NCBI GenBank assembly: GCA_010909165.1
Contig: MU008183.1
Span: 496,001 to 560,000, forward strand
Length of the DNA: 64,000 bases
Source of the DNA: Anthoceros angustus
Taxonomy: Eukaryota > Plantae > Anthocerotophyta
Direction of reading: 5' to 3'
The translations under genes and the position numbers were made by a program. Below, piece by piece: positions 24,331-34,773 of the stretch; positions within the stretch are counted from its first letter, which is position 1, and the number at the start of each line of letters is the position of its first letter. A model generated the notes under the pieces. The model did no database searches. It saw nothing but the letters and a program-made list of their open reading frames with translations, and was not told the origin of the DNA.

Positions 24331-26486
24331 ATCTTTGGACGGATGTCCGGTTGTTTGTTGGTTCTCAATGTATGGAAGGCATGATTCCTGTTCACCGGTA
24401 TAGCTTGTTTGGCAGTTGATGGGAACGGGGAACCACGATCGGGGTTGAAGCAGAAACCACGATCGAGTTCGGGCCAGCAGTTTGGATGCAGAGGGGAGCT
24501 GGTGTGAAGGGAGGTTGATTAAACCCCAAACCGAAGCATGGTTCTGTCCCCTTACTCTCCTCCTACTCTCCAATTACTTCCCATGTTCCTGTCCACCTTT
24601 ACGGCCGGTTTATGCTTGAGTGTGAAACCCTGTTGCCTCCGGTGCGCGTTTCTACTGGAGGTGAGGCGGTTGCTGGGTAATAAATCCAGGAAGGGGCTTC
24701 TTCGCGAGCAAGTGACGGTGTTGCGCAAGGGGCTGACAGCAAGACGACTGGTGGTGCAAGGCACGCTTTCTTTTCCTGGAATCCAGGTGAGTGCATGGGA
24801 GTTGCACACATGGCATGTTGCAATTGCCTTTTCCTCCACTACTTTGCTTGTCTACTCGAGTTGGCCATCCTAGTTGCTATTGGTAGCCGGGCCCGTCTTT
24901 GGCGAGTTATGGCGGAGGTGTCTTCTTGAGCCCACTATCACCGCAGGCGAGGCATGTGCGCTATCGTGCTTTTCGTGTGTTGGTGTTCGTGCTTGCGAGG
25001 TTGCACCGTGAATAATGAGGACGAGGAGTGGTTCAGATACGGTCCTGGTAGGCGGATATCCAGGCAAAGAGGGCCAGGAGGAGGTCCTCGACGCAGGTGC
25101 GGCGTGTGTTGGCAAGAGGGGAGGAATCCTCCGTTGGAGGAAACCACCTTTCGTGGCACCGTTTTCATCCGCCGCTTGGTTTTCAAGGGAGGTGGGGATC
25201 CGAGTTCTTGTCGCGAGCACAGAGTGGACACCTCCTGAGAACCCGACAGATGAGGAACCGCGAGATATCTCTCGTGTCCCATGATGGTCGGGAGGAGCCG
25301 TGGCGGCGAGAGGAGCCTTCGCGGCAGCCCTACCTCGCGATGAAGGCTGAAAATCGGAGCTTTCCCGAGGAGAAGGAGGCCAAGATGCGTGTGGTGCGGC
25401 GGCGGCGAGGAGCTGGCCCTTGTGATGGCAGCAGCAGAAACTGCTGCCAAAGCACTGGCAGCAGTGGAAGGAGCTTCCGTGAAGACTGAGCCACAGTGAT
25501 CATGTGCCACACAGGCATGCTGCAATTTTTTCCTCCTCTGGATGCCTTTGTATGCTTGCGCCATTGGTCTTGTGTATGATGTGCTGACAAGTGCATTGGT
25601 GTATGCAGATCAGTGTGTTCAGGACGGGGAGGTGTACAGCGTAGATTAGGATTTTCGGATAAGTTTTGGGTAGGCACATGAGACATTTTAAAGCTTTCCT
25701 TTTGTTCACATAGGAACTTTCTTAGTTATGTGGGACTGAGTTGAGGGTGAGCTCAAGGAGCTCCATGGACGGTTATGTTCACGTCTCTCGGATTGTGTGT
25801 GAGGTTAAGCTTGGGATGTTTGGATCACCATGCATTCGATACTTGTCTGTCATGGGGAATTAGACGGGTTGCTTATCAGACAGATCGTGAAGCAGCGTGA
25901 GCAGCGGTTTACAAGTGGATAAGTAAGCCTTTCTGGAAGGCAAGAGGAGGGTCGTGGCGCCGGACGTCCGGTGCCAGCGATTCAGAAAGCGGATATTACT
26001 TCCTTGCTCCTTGCGTTTTCTATTCCATACGATTCGAGTGTGTACAAGTGGATATGTTGGTTTGAAATTACTAGGATATTTATACTCAGTTAGTCGGTTC
26101 CTTGGAACACGATTTTTCTAAATAGCATTGGCGGTATGTCGACTTGCCTAAACCGATGTATAAAATAGCCTTCATCATTATTGTTGGTCAAGGGGGGTTT
26201 GGAGCAGGCATATATTGATTACTAACGGTACAAATGTGTCGATTAAAATAAATTGCCCGATGTGGCTGGATTTCGTTAAAAACAAAAAGGCTTTTTTCAA
26301 CCAGTTCAATCCCAAGGAGCTTGACAGGTCCATTGGCATGAGGAACCAAGAAAGGTGCTTTTCACAAAGGTGGGCCCATCGAAGAGTGTGTTTTTGGGTC
26401 TTGTTTGGGTGCAAACCCTTAAAAGAGGGTTCCGTTTTCATTTTAGAGGTCACAGTTGGCCTAAACGACCTCGGTCTCTAAAAAGT

Positions 26487-26519
26487 GGAGCCTGTCTCTA
26501 CTTCTTAGGAGACCTTGTT
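26487..26519 (-). repeat. Right TIR of element A
   Basis: ggagcctgtctctacttcttaggagaccttgtt followed by the TSD tctc. Confidence 0.9.
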
Positions 26520-26994
26520 TCTCAAGCATAGAGATTACAGCATCGATCCTTGCATTGATCTCATTGAAACAATGAACCATTACTCTGGGATTGATATAGG
26601 GAGGCGCATCTCCTTGCCTGGGCAAGGTAAGGCCATGTTGTTCCCGTGCTGCAATTTGGTTGTTAGGATTCTCCCAACGCAGACACTATCTTCTTTCACT
26701 AAGAATTTCAGAGAGACCTGTCCTGCCCTGTTCCCTAGCACGGGGTACCCAATTTCGATGGGTAGTGACCCTCCCTTGATCACGCTGTGGAGGCACCCAA
26801 TTCCTGTGAGCATTGTTCTGGGATTGTTCCCTTGGCACCTGTGAAATGGGAGGGGCCACGCACCGTGCGCTTCTCCGTCTCCTAGGCATTTTTAAGTCGG
26901 TTGGAAGCGGGCAAGCGCTGCGATGCAGCATCATAGGCATTGGTAGATCATGCATCCAGAGATCATGGACATTCAGAGCCCATACATCTGCCTA

Positions 26995-27005
26995 CTCTGA
27001 TACCA
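26995..27005 (-). other. Primer-binding site (tRNA-iMet) of copia-1
   Basis: The minus strand reads TGGTATCAGAG, 2 nt from the 5' LTR. Confidence 0.9.
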
Positions 27006-27007
27006 AG

Positions 27008-27154
27008 TGACAAAGCAAAAGTCGTACGAGACTTGCACAAGATGCTTTGCATAATTAAAGTTAGTAGAAATACAAACAAAACTGTCTTATGTCTTTCACG
27101 AAACGTCGCTAAAACCCTTTGCCTAATTTAGTGGGCTATAGTTGCACTCTTTCA
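27008..27154 (-). repeat. 5' LTR of copia-1
   Basis: 143/147 identical to 106-252. Confidence 0.93.
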
Positions 27155-27473
27155 TAAAGATGAGGTCTACAGCATCCAGTCGGTGGAACATCCCGACTAC
27201 TTCCTCAGCCTGGACGCCACTGACGTGACCAAATTCTCGGCCCCGCCACATTCTGGCGGCCGGAAGGTGTCTCGCCACCAAGAACATTGACGACGCGATT
27301 GCCAAGTTCAAGATTGGCCCGAACGACAAGCTTGGGGAACGCCCTCGGGAGGCTGGCCAGATCGCCTTCCTGCGCTGGATGGCGCGGGTGCGGTGGAAGG
27401 AGGGATCGTGAACGCCGTAACTATGCGCGAGTACGAGGCGCTCAATTTTGTCTACTTCCCGCAGACGGCGTGA
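27155..27473 (+). pseudogene. 3' part of the interrupted beta-trefoil gene
   Basis: KDEVYSIQSVEHPDYFLSLDATDVTKF...LDG..AVEGGIVNAVTMREYEALNFVYFPQTA* parallels the 30252-30811 paralog. Confidence 0.72.
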
Positions 27474-27867
27474 GCTCCGTCCGCTGCCCATCCGCTCGTG
27501 AGGCCTGGCAAATGAAGATAAAAACGTTGCTCTGCCTGGGGTCTTTAACCTTAGTTGTGTGAACACTCACAATGATTGCACGGCTAGACAACTTTGAATT
27601 CACCTATATGGACCGTGTATCGATGTTGTTTTTTTTTCTCTCAGCAATTCATCTAGAATATAAGGTTTTATTCTCGTATGAAGAGGGAGGGTTGGGTTTT
27701 TCTAAGACTGCGGAATTTTGTAGCCATAAGCCTAAGCCCGCTGCATATTTCTAAGAAACCATGAGCTTATAAATATGAGCAATATAATTGTTATTATAAT
27801 TAAATATATATTTATCTTTACTCCCTATAGACTAAACAAAAATGTTAGCATTCATATGAATACTCAG

Positions 27868-29151
27868 TCATGCACTTACTTTAGAATCCCTAAGTGAAGG
27901 TAAAGTACTTGCACTTCCATCCTCAAGTGAAGGCAAAGCGCTTACATCTGAATCCTCCAGTGAAGGCAAAGCGCTTACATCTGAATCCTCAAGTGAAGGC
28001 AAAGCACTTACATTTGAATCTCCAAGTGAAGGCAAAGCACTTACATTTGAATCTCCAAGTGAAGGCAAAGCACTTACATTTGAATCTCCAAGTGAAGGCA
28101 AAGCATTAATATTTGAATCCTCAAGTGAAGGCAAAGCAGCTTCAAGCTTGGGTAGCAAAGCTCCAATTATGCCTCTAAAAATAATGGAGTCTGTGGAAAG
28201 TCGACCTATAGCCCAAGCATAGCTTCTGTAAGTCTCCAAAATTTCCTCTCTTAAACTATGAAAGTGAAAACAAATAAAAGGTTCAAAATGTTTTGGTGGA
28301 CTGTTCAATATGAACAACAACATCTTCAAGCTCATCAACGTAGTCATTTCACCAAATTCTTGAACACTTCCTGGACTCCCAATATTTTCGTGATCACTGT
28401 CAACAAAGAATGGCCCTCCTACCATAATCCAACAATGTAAGGAATACAGCAAATCTTGGATAGTCAGTGCTCCAGGAATAAGAATCTCTATTCCAGTATC
28501 ACCCAACCACTTAGTGTTGATAATGTCCAGCTTTGAAAGAGTCTTGGAGTCACTTAAGGCATAAATTCCGGGATAATTGTGATAGAAAAAAATGCGAGCA
28601 TTTTCCTGACAAACGAACAAAAAATATAAGTTAGACAAACTAGAATACCTAAGGAAGAATGCTCATACAATGTCAAATTGAAAAGGGAGGAGTTATCATA
28701 CCAATGGAAATTTACTCGAAAGGTGGATGTCAAAGACAAATGGTGCATAAGCAAAAGGTGTTCCAGATAGTCCTAATATCATGACTCGAAGCAAATCAAG
28801 ACGCCCTTTGTAAAATCGCATGAAGATATTGTTGGGCAAGTTTTCAACTTTGAAGAAAGATTGGAAAAGAGCAGCTCTTCGACGAGTCTGTGGCCTAAAT
28901 GTATGAGATAGGTGTGGATCAAATGAGCTTCCATAAAAGTGGTCAAACACATTGAAGACATAGTACACTTGACGCTGTACAGCATACTTGTTCAAGTGCC
29001 CTCTAGAGCTAGCTATCCAACTACTCATGCTAGCATTGAACACTATAGGAATTGAAGCACCCTTCAAAGTACTATGCATCTCAATAGGTAAAGAATTCTC
29101 AACTTTCTCCTCTTTCAACTCAACATCACAAGACAAATTGGTTGTCCCCAT
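27868..29151 (-). CDS. Divergent UBC23/UBC24(PHO2)-like E2 ubiquitin-conjugating protein (fragmentary or possible pseudogene)
   Basis: NLPNNIFMRFYKGRLDLLRVMILGLSGTPF..FVFDIHL, TIQDLLYSL..GPFF, LFILNSPPKHFEPFICFHF. Confidence 0.65.
27880..28140 (-). repeat. 30-bp tandem repeat encoding about 8 copies of SNVSALPSLG/ED
   Basis: caagtgaaggcaaagcacttacatttgaatctc units in the C-terminus of the UBC-like ORF. Confidence 0.9.
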
Positions 29152-29242
29152 TTTGGATTTAAAATCTCACATGATCTTACTTACATATATAGGCTACAAA
29201 AGTTAAATATCCCGATAATTTCTCTTAATATCTCGAGGTGCC

Positions 29243-29435
29243 ATAAGTGAACTTGAATATTAAATCCATTCTAGTTAATTGTTGTTGACTATACTTGCTC
29301 TCATTATCTCGCACATAAGTTAACTTGAATGTTAAATCCATTCTATTTAATTGTTGTTAACTATACTTACTCTGATTATCTCGCTCACGAGTAAGCTTGA
29401 ATATTAAATCCATTCTAGTTAATTATAGTTAACTG
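29243..29435. repeat. AT-rich ~72-bp tandem repeat, about 2.7 copies
   Basis: cttgaatattaaatccattctagttaatt recurs at ~29252, 29324 and 29396. Confidence 0.8.
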
Positions 29436-29963
29436 GATACATGTAAGTTCAATATATCTAAAATTATATTTTTTTAAATAAATATTAAATATAAAATAAA
29501 TTATTATAGAAAATATCTAGCAAAATCCTGCCTCAAACAAGCTCTAGGTACTTTATGTGAAGTCCCAATTTCTCTAGAGTACCTAGCCCTTTTTACCTGT
29601 GTGAAACTTCAGGGTGCGAAACCGCTGCTTTCAGTTCTTTGAGTTCAACAACGTGCACAACCAAGTGAGGGGCATGCCGATGCCTATGGATATCTGACTG
29701 GCCTCCACCAGGTAGTGAATGGTACATTCATGAACGATTCATGAATGTGTACTACTACACTCTTTACACCTTTACCGTCATGCGTGAGGAACCGGCCTGG
29801 TCGTGGTCAGACATCCTTGAAGAAACCAAATATGCATGTAGCTACAGTGATCAGACGCGTCTGGCCCTGATGAGTCCAACCTGTAAACTGCAGGACTCTG
29901 AGCTGCCTGCGTCGAGCACTAACCCTGGTGGCAGGCCAGGCCTGCAACAAATGGCCACCTTCA

Positions 29964-30130
29964 CACATGGCTGATTGAAACCAGTCACATGAATGGATCT
30001 TTTCAGAGTTCACAAGGACTTCACATGGCTGATTGAAACCAGTCACATGAATGGATCTTTTCGGAGTTCATAAGGACATGAATGTGCGCACTCAGCCTTC
30101 ACATCACCACCAGGTCCATGTGTATATAAA
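29964..30130 (+). promoter_or_regulatory. Duplicated ~58-bp element plus TATA box upstream of the beta-trefoil gene
   Basis: cacatggctgattgaaaccagtcacatgaatggatctttt occurs twice (29964 and 30022). TATATAAA is at 30123-30130, ~120 bp before the ATG at 30252. Confidence 0.55.
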
Positions 30131-30251
30131 AGGCCCTTGAATGCCATCTCTGCAACAACGCAACTGGAGTTCTCTCTTGCAAACATCCTAGCAGCTTGCT
30201 GAATCCTAGCTGCAGCGCTCTGTCCAGGTTTGGTTGTGGGCGGATCCAGAA

Positions 30252-30811
30252 ATGGCGCTCCCGTTTTCGATCGAGTCGAGGGAGTTCCCGGAGTGTTTCT
30301 CCAGGTGTCCGAGCCCGACAAGGGCACCAAGCCCAGCAGCGTGAGCCTGAGCAACCCCGTGACCGACGCCGGCAGGTTCGTGCTGGTGGCCAAGGGCGAC
30401 GACGTGGGCCATCCAGTCTGTGAGGTTTCCCGGGTTCTTCCTCTTCCTGGACGGCATCCAGGTTGCGGACGTCCCCAAAGGCACCTACCCACGGGCGCCG
30501 GGAAGGTGTGGGTGTCCGACGCCCTCAACCATTTCGCCAACTTCCAGCTCGTTCCAAATCGCCTCCACGGTGGCTACAACATCCAGTCCGCGACCACCGC
30601 CCAGTCCTTCCTCCGCCTCGACGGCAAAACCGTCCAGCAGAACGGCCTGCCTGGAGGAATCATCAACGTGCAGAACTATGCCGGCCGATACGAGGCTTTC
30701 AACATCGCCTACTTCCCAGCCGGAGCTTACCACATCACTACGACTACTGTTACTACTACTACTACTGCAACTGAGTCTGAGACACCTGAGAAATCCTCCG
30801 ACAAATCCTAG
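30252..30811 (+). CDS. Intronless beta-trefoil (fascin/lectin-like) protein with a Thr-rich tail (two apparent 1-nt frameshifts)
   Basis: Three internal repeats: FSIESREFPGVFLQV, IQSVRFPGFFLFLDG and YNIQSATTAQSFLRLDG...GGIINVQNY..YEAF. Confidence 0.65.
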
Positions 30812-31869
30812 GGTGCTGGAGGCTGGCTTCAATGCATCCAGATCCTCCAAGTACAGCTTGTATGTAGGGACATGTGCAGGCAGATCAGGCAATTTGATCA
30901 CAACGAACGTTGCCACCATTTCACCACTTGGGATCTTCCAAATGCTGCATCCTTCCTTCCTTGTTTGCATCTTCAGAGGGCAATAACATGTGCATGGCTT
31001 TGTGTTGTGTGCAATCTGGCATGCCACAGTGTTACGCTATGTTCCTCAGTAAAGAGCTTGTTGTTGTTCGGAATCGAGGTTTGCGTTTGCTCTTCACCCG
31101 GTCTGCGTCTCAGTTTAATCGGTAAGCCTATTAAATGAAGCGAAACGGGTTTGTAAGGGAACAAAAAGAGAGGGCGGGAAAGAGAGGCTCCGAAGGAACG
31201 AAACGCATGTCTTTCCCAGGCCCAGGAAATCGGAAACCCTCCCGGGGCTTCGTGGCTTGCTTCCGCGGTGGCCGCCGGGCGAGGTGATCGTTTCGAACTT
31301 CCAAGGGGAGACGAGCATTTCCGGCGCGGCTGGATTGGCACTAGCATCCGTAATACGATCGCTGTTGCTGATGCGTGTGCGGGGTCGATTGGCGCTCTGA
31401 GGGCCAGAGGTGGTGCGGAAGGGGAGAGGGGAGGACCGGAATTTTGCGCTCTCAAGCGTTGGTGGCGGATTCCGGGGCTCGGGGGTAAGGGATGGGACCG
31501 ATCAAGCGTGCTGGCGTGCCACCGAAAGCAATCCCCGAACCTCCTCACCGGGCTTCTCCACATCACACTCCACATCACACACCAAGCCAGGAAAACGATC
31601 ACACACCACACAACAGCCTCCTCTTCCACAATCCATGACCGCTTCTCACTTAAAAGAAGAATTTTCCCGACCGCATTGCGCAGCATCGAGTACAGCCAAA
31701 CTGCTCTCAATTCCCGTCCACGCCGCAGCCAAAGCTCACCAAAAGACACATCCAAGCCTCAGCATTCATCTACCACCTGCAAACCTAATTTCCGCACAAT
31801 CTCAAGCTTCGATCCCTTAGCACAGACGCACTCCGCCGCAAAATTCAGCTCCCGAACACCGCCTCCAGT

Positions 31870-32400
31870 TCCGTTCTCCAACTCCTTCCCCTACTTTCGG
31901 TGCCAAAACTGAAATCACATGGCGTGCATCTTCGAGTTCACCACACTCTGCATACATGTCCGCCACGCAGGTGCCCAACACTACGTGATCCATCAGTCCT
32001 CGTTTTACAATCTGTGAGTGCAGCTGCCTGCCCTTCTGTATTATGGCACCGGTGCTTCCACAGGCCTTCAGGAAGGCAAGGAAAAGTAACATGGTGAGCC
32101 AAAATGCGGCCCTCCTGCTCCATCTGTCCATACACAAGAAGCACCTCCATGTCCGAGCCCTCGCTGCGCATACCCAGCTATTAGGGCATTCCATGTCACC
32201 ACATTCTTTGTCCTCATGGTGTCAAAAACCTGGCGTGCATCTTTCAGTTCGCCACATTTTCCATACATGTCCACCAGGAAGGTGCCAGCAAACAAGCCAG
32301 GGGGAATGCCACTGTGCAATACATCAAAGTGCACTGGTGCAGATGTGTGCGAGTGCAATGATACAGTGAGCCCATGTAGGAACATACAAGGCTGATGTTA
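31870..32400 (-). pseudogene. PLS-class pentatricopeptide repeat fragment
   Basis: LVDMYGKCGELKDARQVFDTMRTKNVVTWNALIAGYAQRG and QLHSQIVKRG...DMYAECGELEDA; frameshifted. Confidence 0.8.
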
Positions 32401-32785
32401 GACATGGAGAGCGAGCAGTACAAGCTTCCAGCCAACATGGGCAGCACATACGGGTATGTGGAAAGCAGGAGATCGTATATTTGTAACATACGGTAGCCAG
32501 AAAACGTGATATATCCGGGGATGAGGTGATGGGGTTCTCTATCCATATGTCTACGAATACGAGAGTAGTTGTGATGCTCCAGTAGGGTTTTTTATTCGGC
32601 AGTAACTCTGGCTGTGGTTCAATGTGATATTTTCCCTTTTAGGAGGATAAATATGAGATTAAGCTAGGTGCTGTTTGTCGCAACAGGTGCATCCCCTGTG
32701 GCACACACTGGCTCCGGGACTCGTTGATGAAGCTTGTCCCTGTCCTTTTCCTTTGCTTTCCTCGGGCTCTCCTTCCTGAGAGGGA

Positions 32786-34096
32786 ATGGCTTCACTGAGC
32801 TTGCTACCTTCTCCCTGCCATTTGGTGTCGTCCCCGTTCTCGTCGCTGTCATTTCGCCTAGTGCGTGTGGCCAGCCGGTCTTTCTCCAGTGCCGGTTCCG
32901 GCATTGGTGCGGGATCTGTTGCTGAGCTTCAGAAATGGCCCCGTCGCCGTGTTCTGGCCTCTGGGGTGGTGCTCACCCTAGCCACGGTGCGTGTTAGCAG
33001 TTTTGAAGGCAATGCTTTTTTGGAAGCTGCATTGCACAGGAAAGTCTGAATGTGAGGTAGGCGGTGGTGACTTCCAGGCAAGTGGCAGCTCGGAAGCAGC
33101 GAAGCCTGAGAGCAGTTCCTCTCCTGCGAGTACAGGCATAGAGACTGTGTTTGTAGCAGGTGCTGCTGGGAACACTGGAAACCGCGTCGTGAAGGAACTG
33201 CTGAACAAAGGGTTCAAAGTGCGAGCCGGTGTGCGGGATATCACGAAAGCCAGGGAAATCCTGCCGACCAACAGCAATATCGAATTTGTAAGCTGCTTTC
33301 GTCCTCCACTGAATGTTTACCAGGCTCGGTATGCGTTTTGGTCACAGCAATCACAGGCCACCATGTAATTGTGTTTTAGGTGCTGGCAGATGTGACAGAG
33401 GGTCCAGAAAAACTAGCTGCTGTCATCGGCAATGTGGATGCAGTAATCGTTGCTACAGGCTTCAGGCCAAGCTTGTTTGACCCCTTTGCTTCTTGGAAGG
33501 TAAAAGGGTATTTCTGATGCATTGTGTTTAATATCCAAGCCTGGTGATGTACTGATAGATTGCTACTCTTGGGACAGGTGGACAACCTGGGTACCGTGCA
33601 TTTGGTAGACGCATGTAAGAAGAATGGAGTAAACCGATTTGTACTTGTCAGCTCGATTTTGACAAATGGAGCTGCAGCTGGCCAAATACTGAATCCAGCC
33701 TACATCATTCTGAATGTCATTGGCCTCACTCTAATTGCAAAACTGCAAGCAGAACAATACATTCGGCAATCTGGAATCAACTATACCATAGTGAGACCTG
33801 GAGGACTGAAGAGTGACCCTCCCAACGGTAACATTATTTTATCTGGAGAGGTGCGTTCCACTTTGGCTTTCTTGCTCTCCGAATGTCATTTTGTCTCGAA
33901 GAGTGTGTGCACCCTGACACCATTCGGTTGTTTGGTACAGGATACCCTGTTTGCGGGGTCAATCTCCCGTGACTACGTTGCGCAAGTGGCTGTCGAGGCC
34001 CTTACTCTGCCAGAGGCGTCGTATAAGGTAGTGGAAATTATTTCTAGTCCTGATGCACCGAAGAAGTCCTTCCAGGAATTATTCGCAGGTGTGTAG
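32786..34096 (+). CDS. Chloroplast-targeted NAD(P)-binding Rossmann-fold (NAD_binding_10/TIC62-like family) protein, 4 exons
   Basis: Ser-rich transit peptide, VFVAGAAGNTG, VDNLGT..LVDACKK, YTIVRPGGL, GSISRDYVA. GT-AG introns at 33288-33379, 33500-33577 and 33851-33940. One indel in exon 1. Confidence 0.9.
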
Positions 34097-34773
34097 CGAA
34101 CGAATAACACGAGAGACGACTCTGCACTTTTCGCAATCTCTGATGGAAACACTGTTCAAACAAGCATTTCATAATTCGATAGCGCAGATCTAAAAAAATT
34201 GATTCATCTGATTCCTGTGGTGTCCAAGTGCTGGAGACCAAAGCTTTTGAGACAGACACAATTGTCTCCGCTTGAAACGACAGGTTACCAAAGTCGTCAA
34301 CTTCTACACTATGCACAGTAGCTTGGTCAGCTTGTGGCCCTTTATTGTCGATAATAGTAGAAAGTCTTGTCATCTGGAGAGGGTAGACATCAAAATGGTC
34401 ATCATAAACTTCAGTTATCGTAAGGGTCAGCCGGTACAGATACAAAACAAAGGTGTTCACTCTTCTATGTTTCTTTCCTTACGGGAAAATACGGCGACTA
34501 TTTGTAGCTTGAAAGGTGAGGAATATAATATAAGTTACCTTGCAATTCATTAAATTCAAAGACTGACCTTTAGACACAGGTTTGAACTTCTGCATACCTC
34601 TTCCTGACGAAACCCAAGGTGAGCAGTATCCTTCTGCCTGGAACGAAGGGGTTCAGTCTAGTATACATCGTTGTCAGCGTGTTTTACACGAGTGACATAA
34701 GCCACTGAGGTTAGTAAAGTCTTTCTACGGATTTCAAAAGCATGAATGGTGGGTTAGCTGTAAAAAAATGGCA

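Larger units (their letters stand above)
6448..26519. mobile_element. Element A: ~20-kb TIR DNA transposon (Sola-like/DUF7869 transposase, ParB-MTase and orphan cargo)
   Basis: TIRs 6448-6479 and 26487-26519. 4-bp TSD TCTC at 6444-6447 and 26520-26523. Removing the element restores the copia gag frame. Confidence 0.88.
106..27154 (-). mobile_element. Ty1/copia LTR retrotransposon (copia-1), interrupted by DNA transposon A
   Basis: 147-bp LTRs (TG..CA) at 106-252 and 27008-27154 with 4 mismatches. tRNA-Met PBS and PPT are present, and the order is gag-PR-IN-RT-RH. Probable TSD is TAAAG (right) vs TAG (left, apparently missing AA). Confidence 0.92.

Noticed and set aside
6448-26519. Classifying A and B as CACTA, hAT, Mutator or Helitron
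   Set aside because: The termini (AACA), 4-bp TSDs and DGMDQ/DN/GHTHD motifs do not fit CACTA (3-bp TSD), hAT (8 bp), MULE (9-11 bp) or TIR-less Helitrons.
29243-30077. Short direct repeats as a possible CRISPR-like array
   Set aside because: Only 2-3 contiguous tandem units with no unique spacers, no cas genes, and a eukaryotic context.
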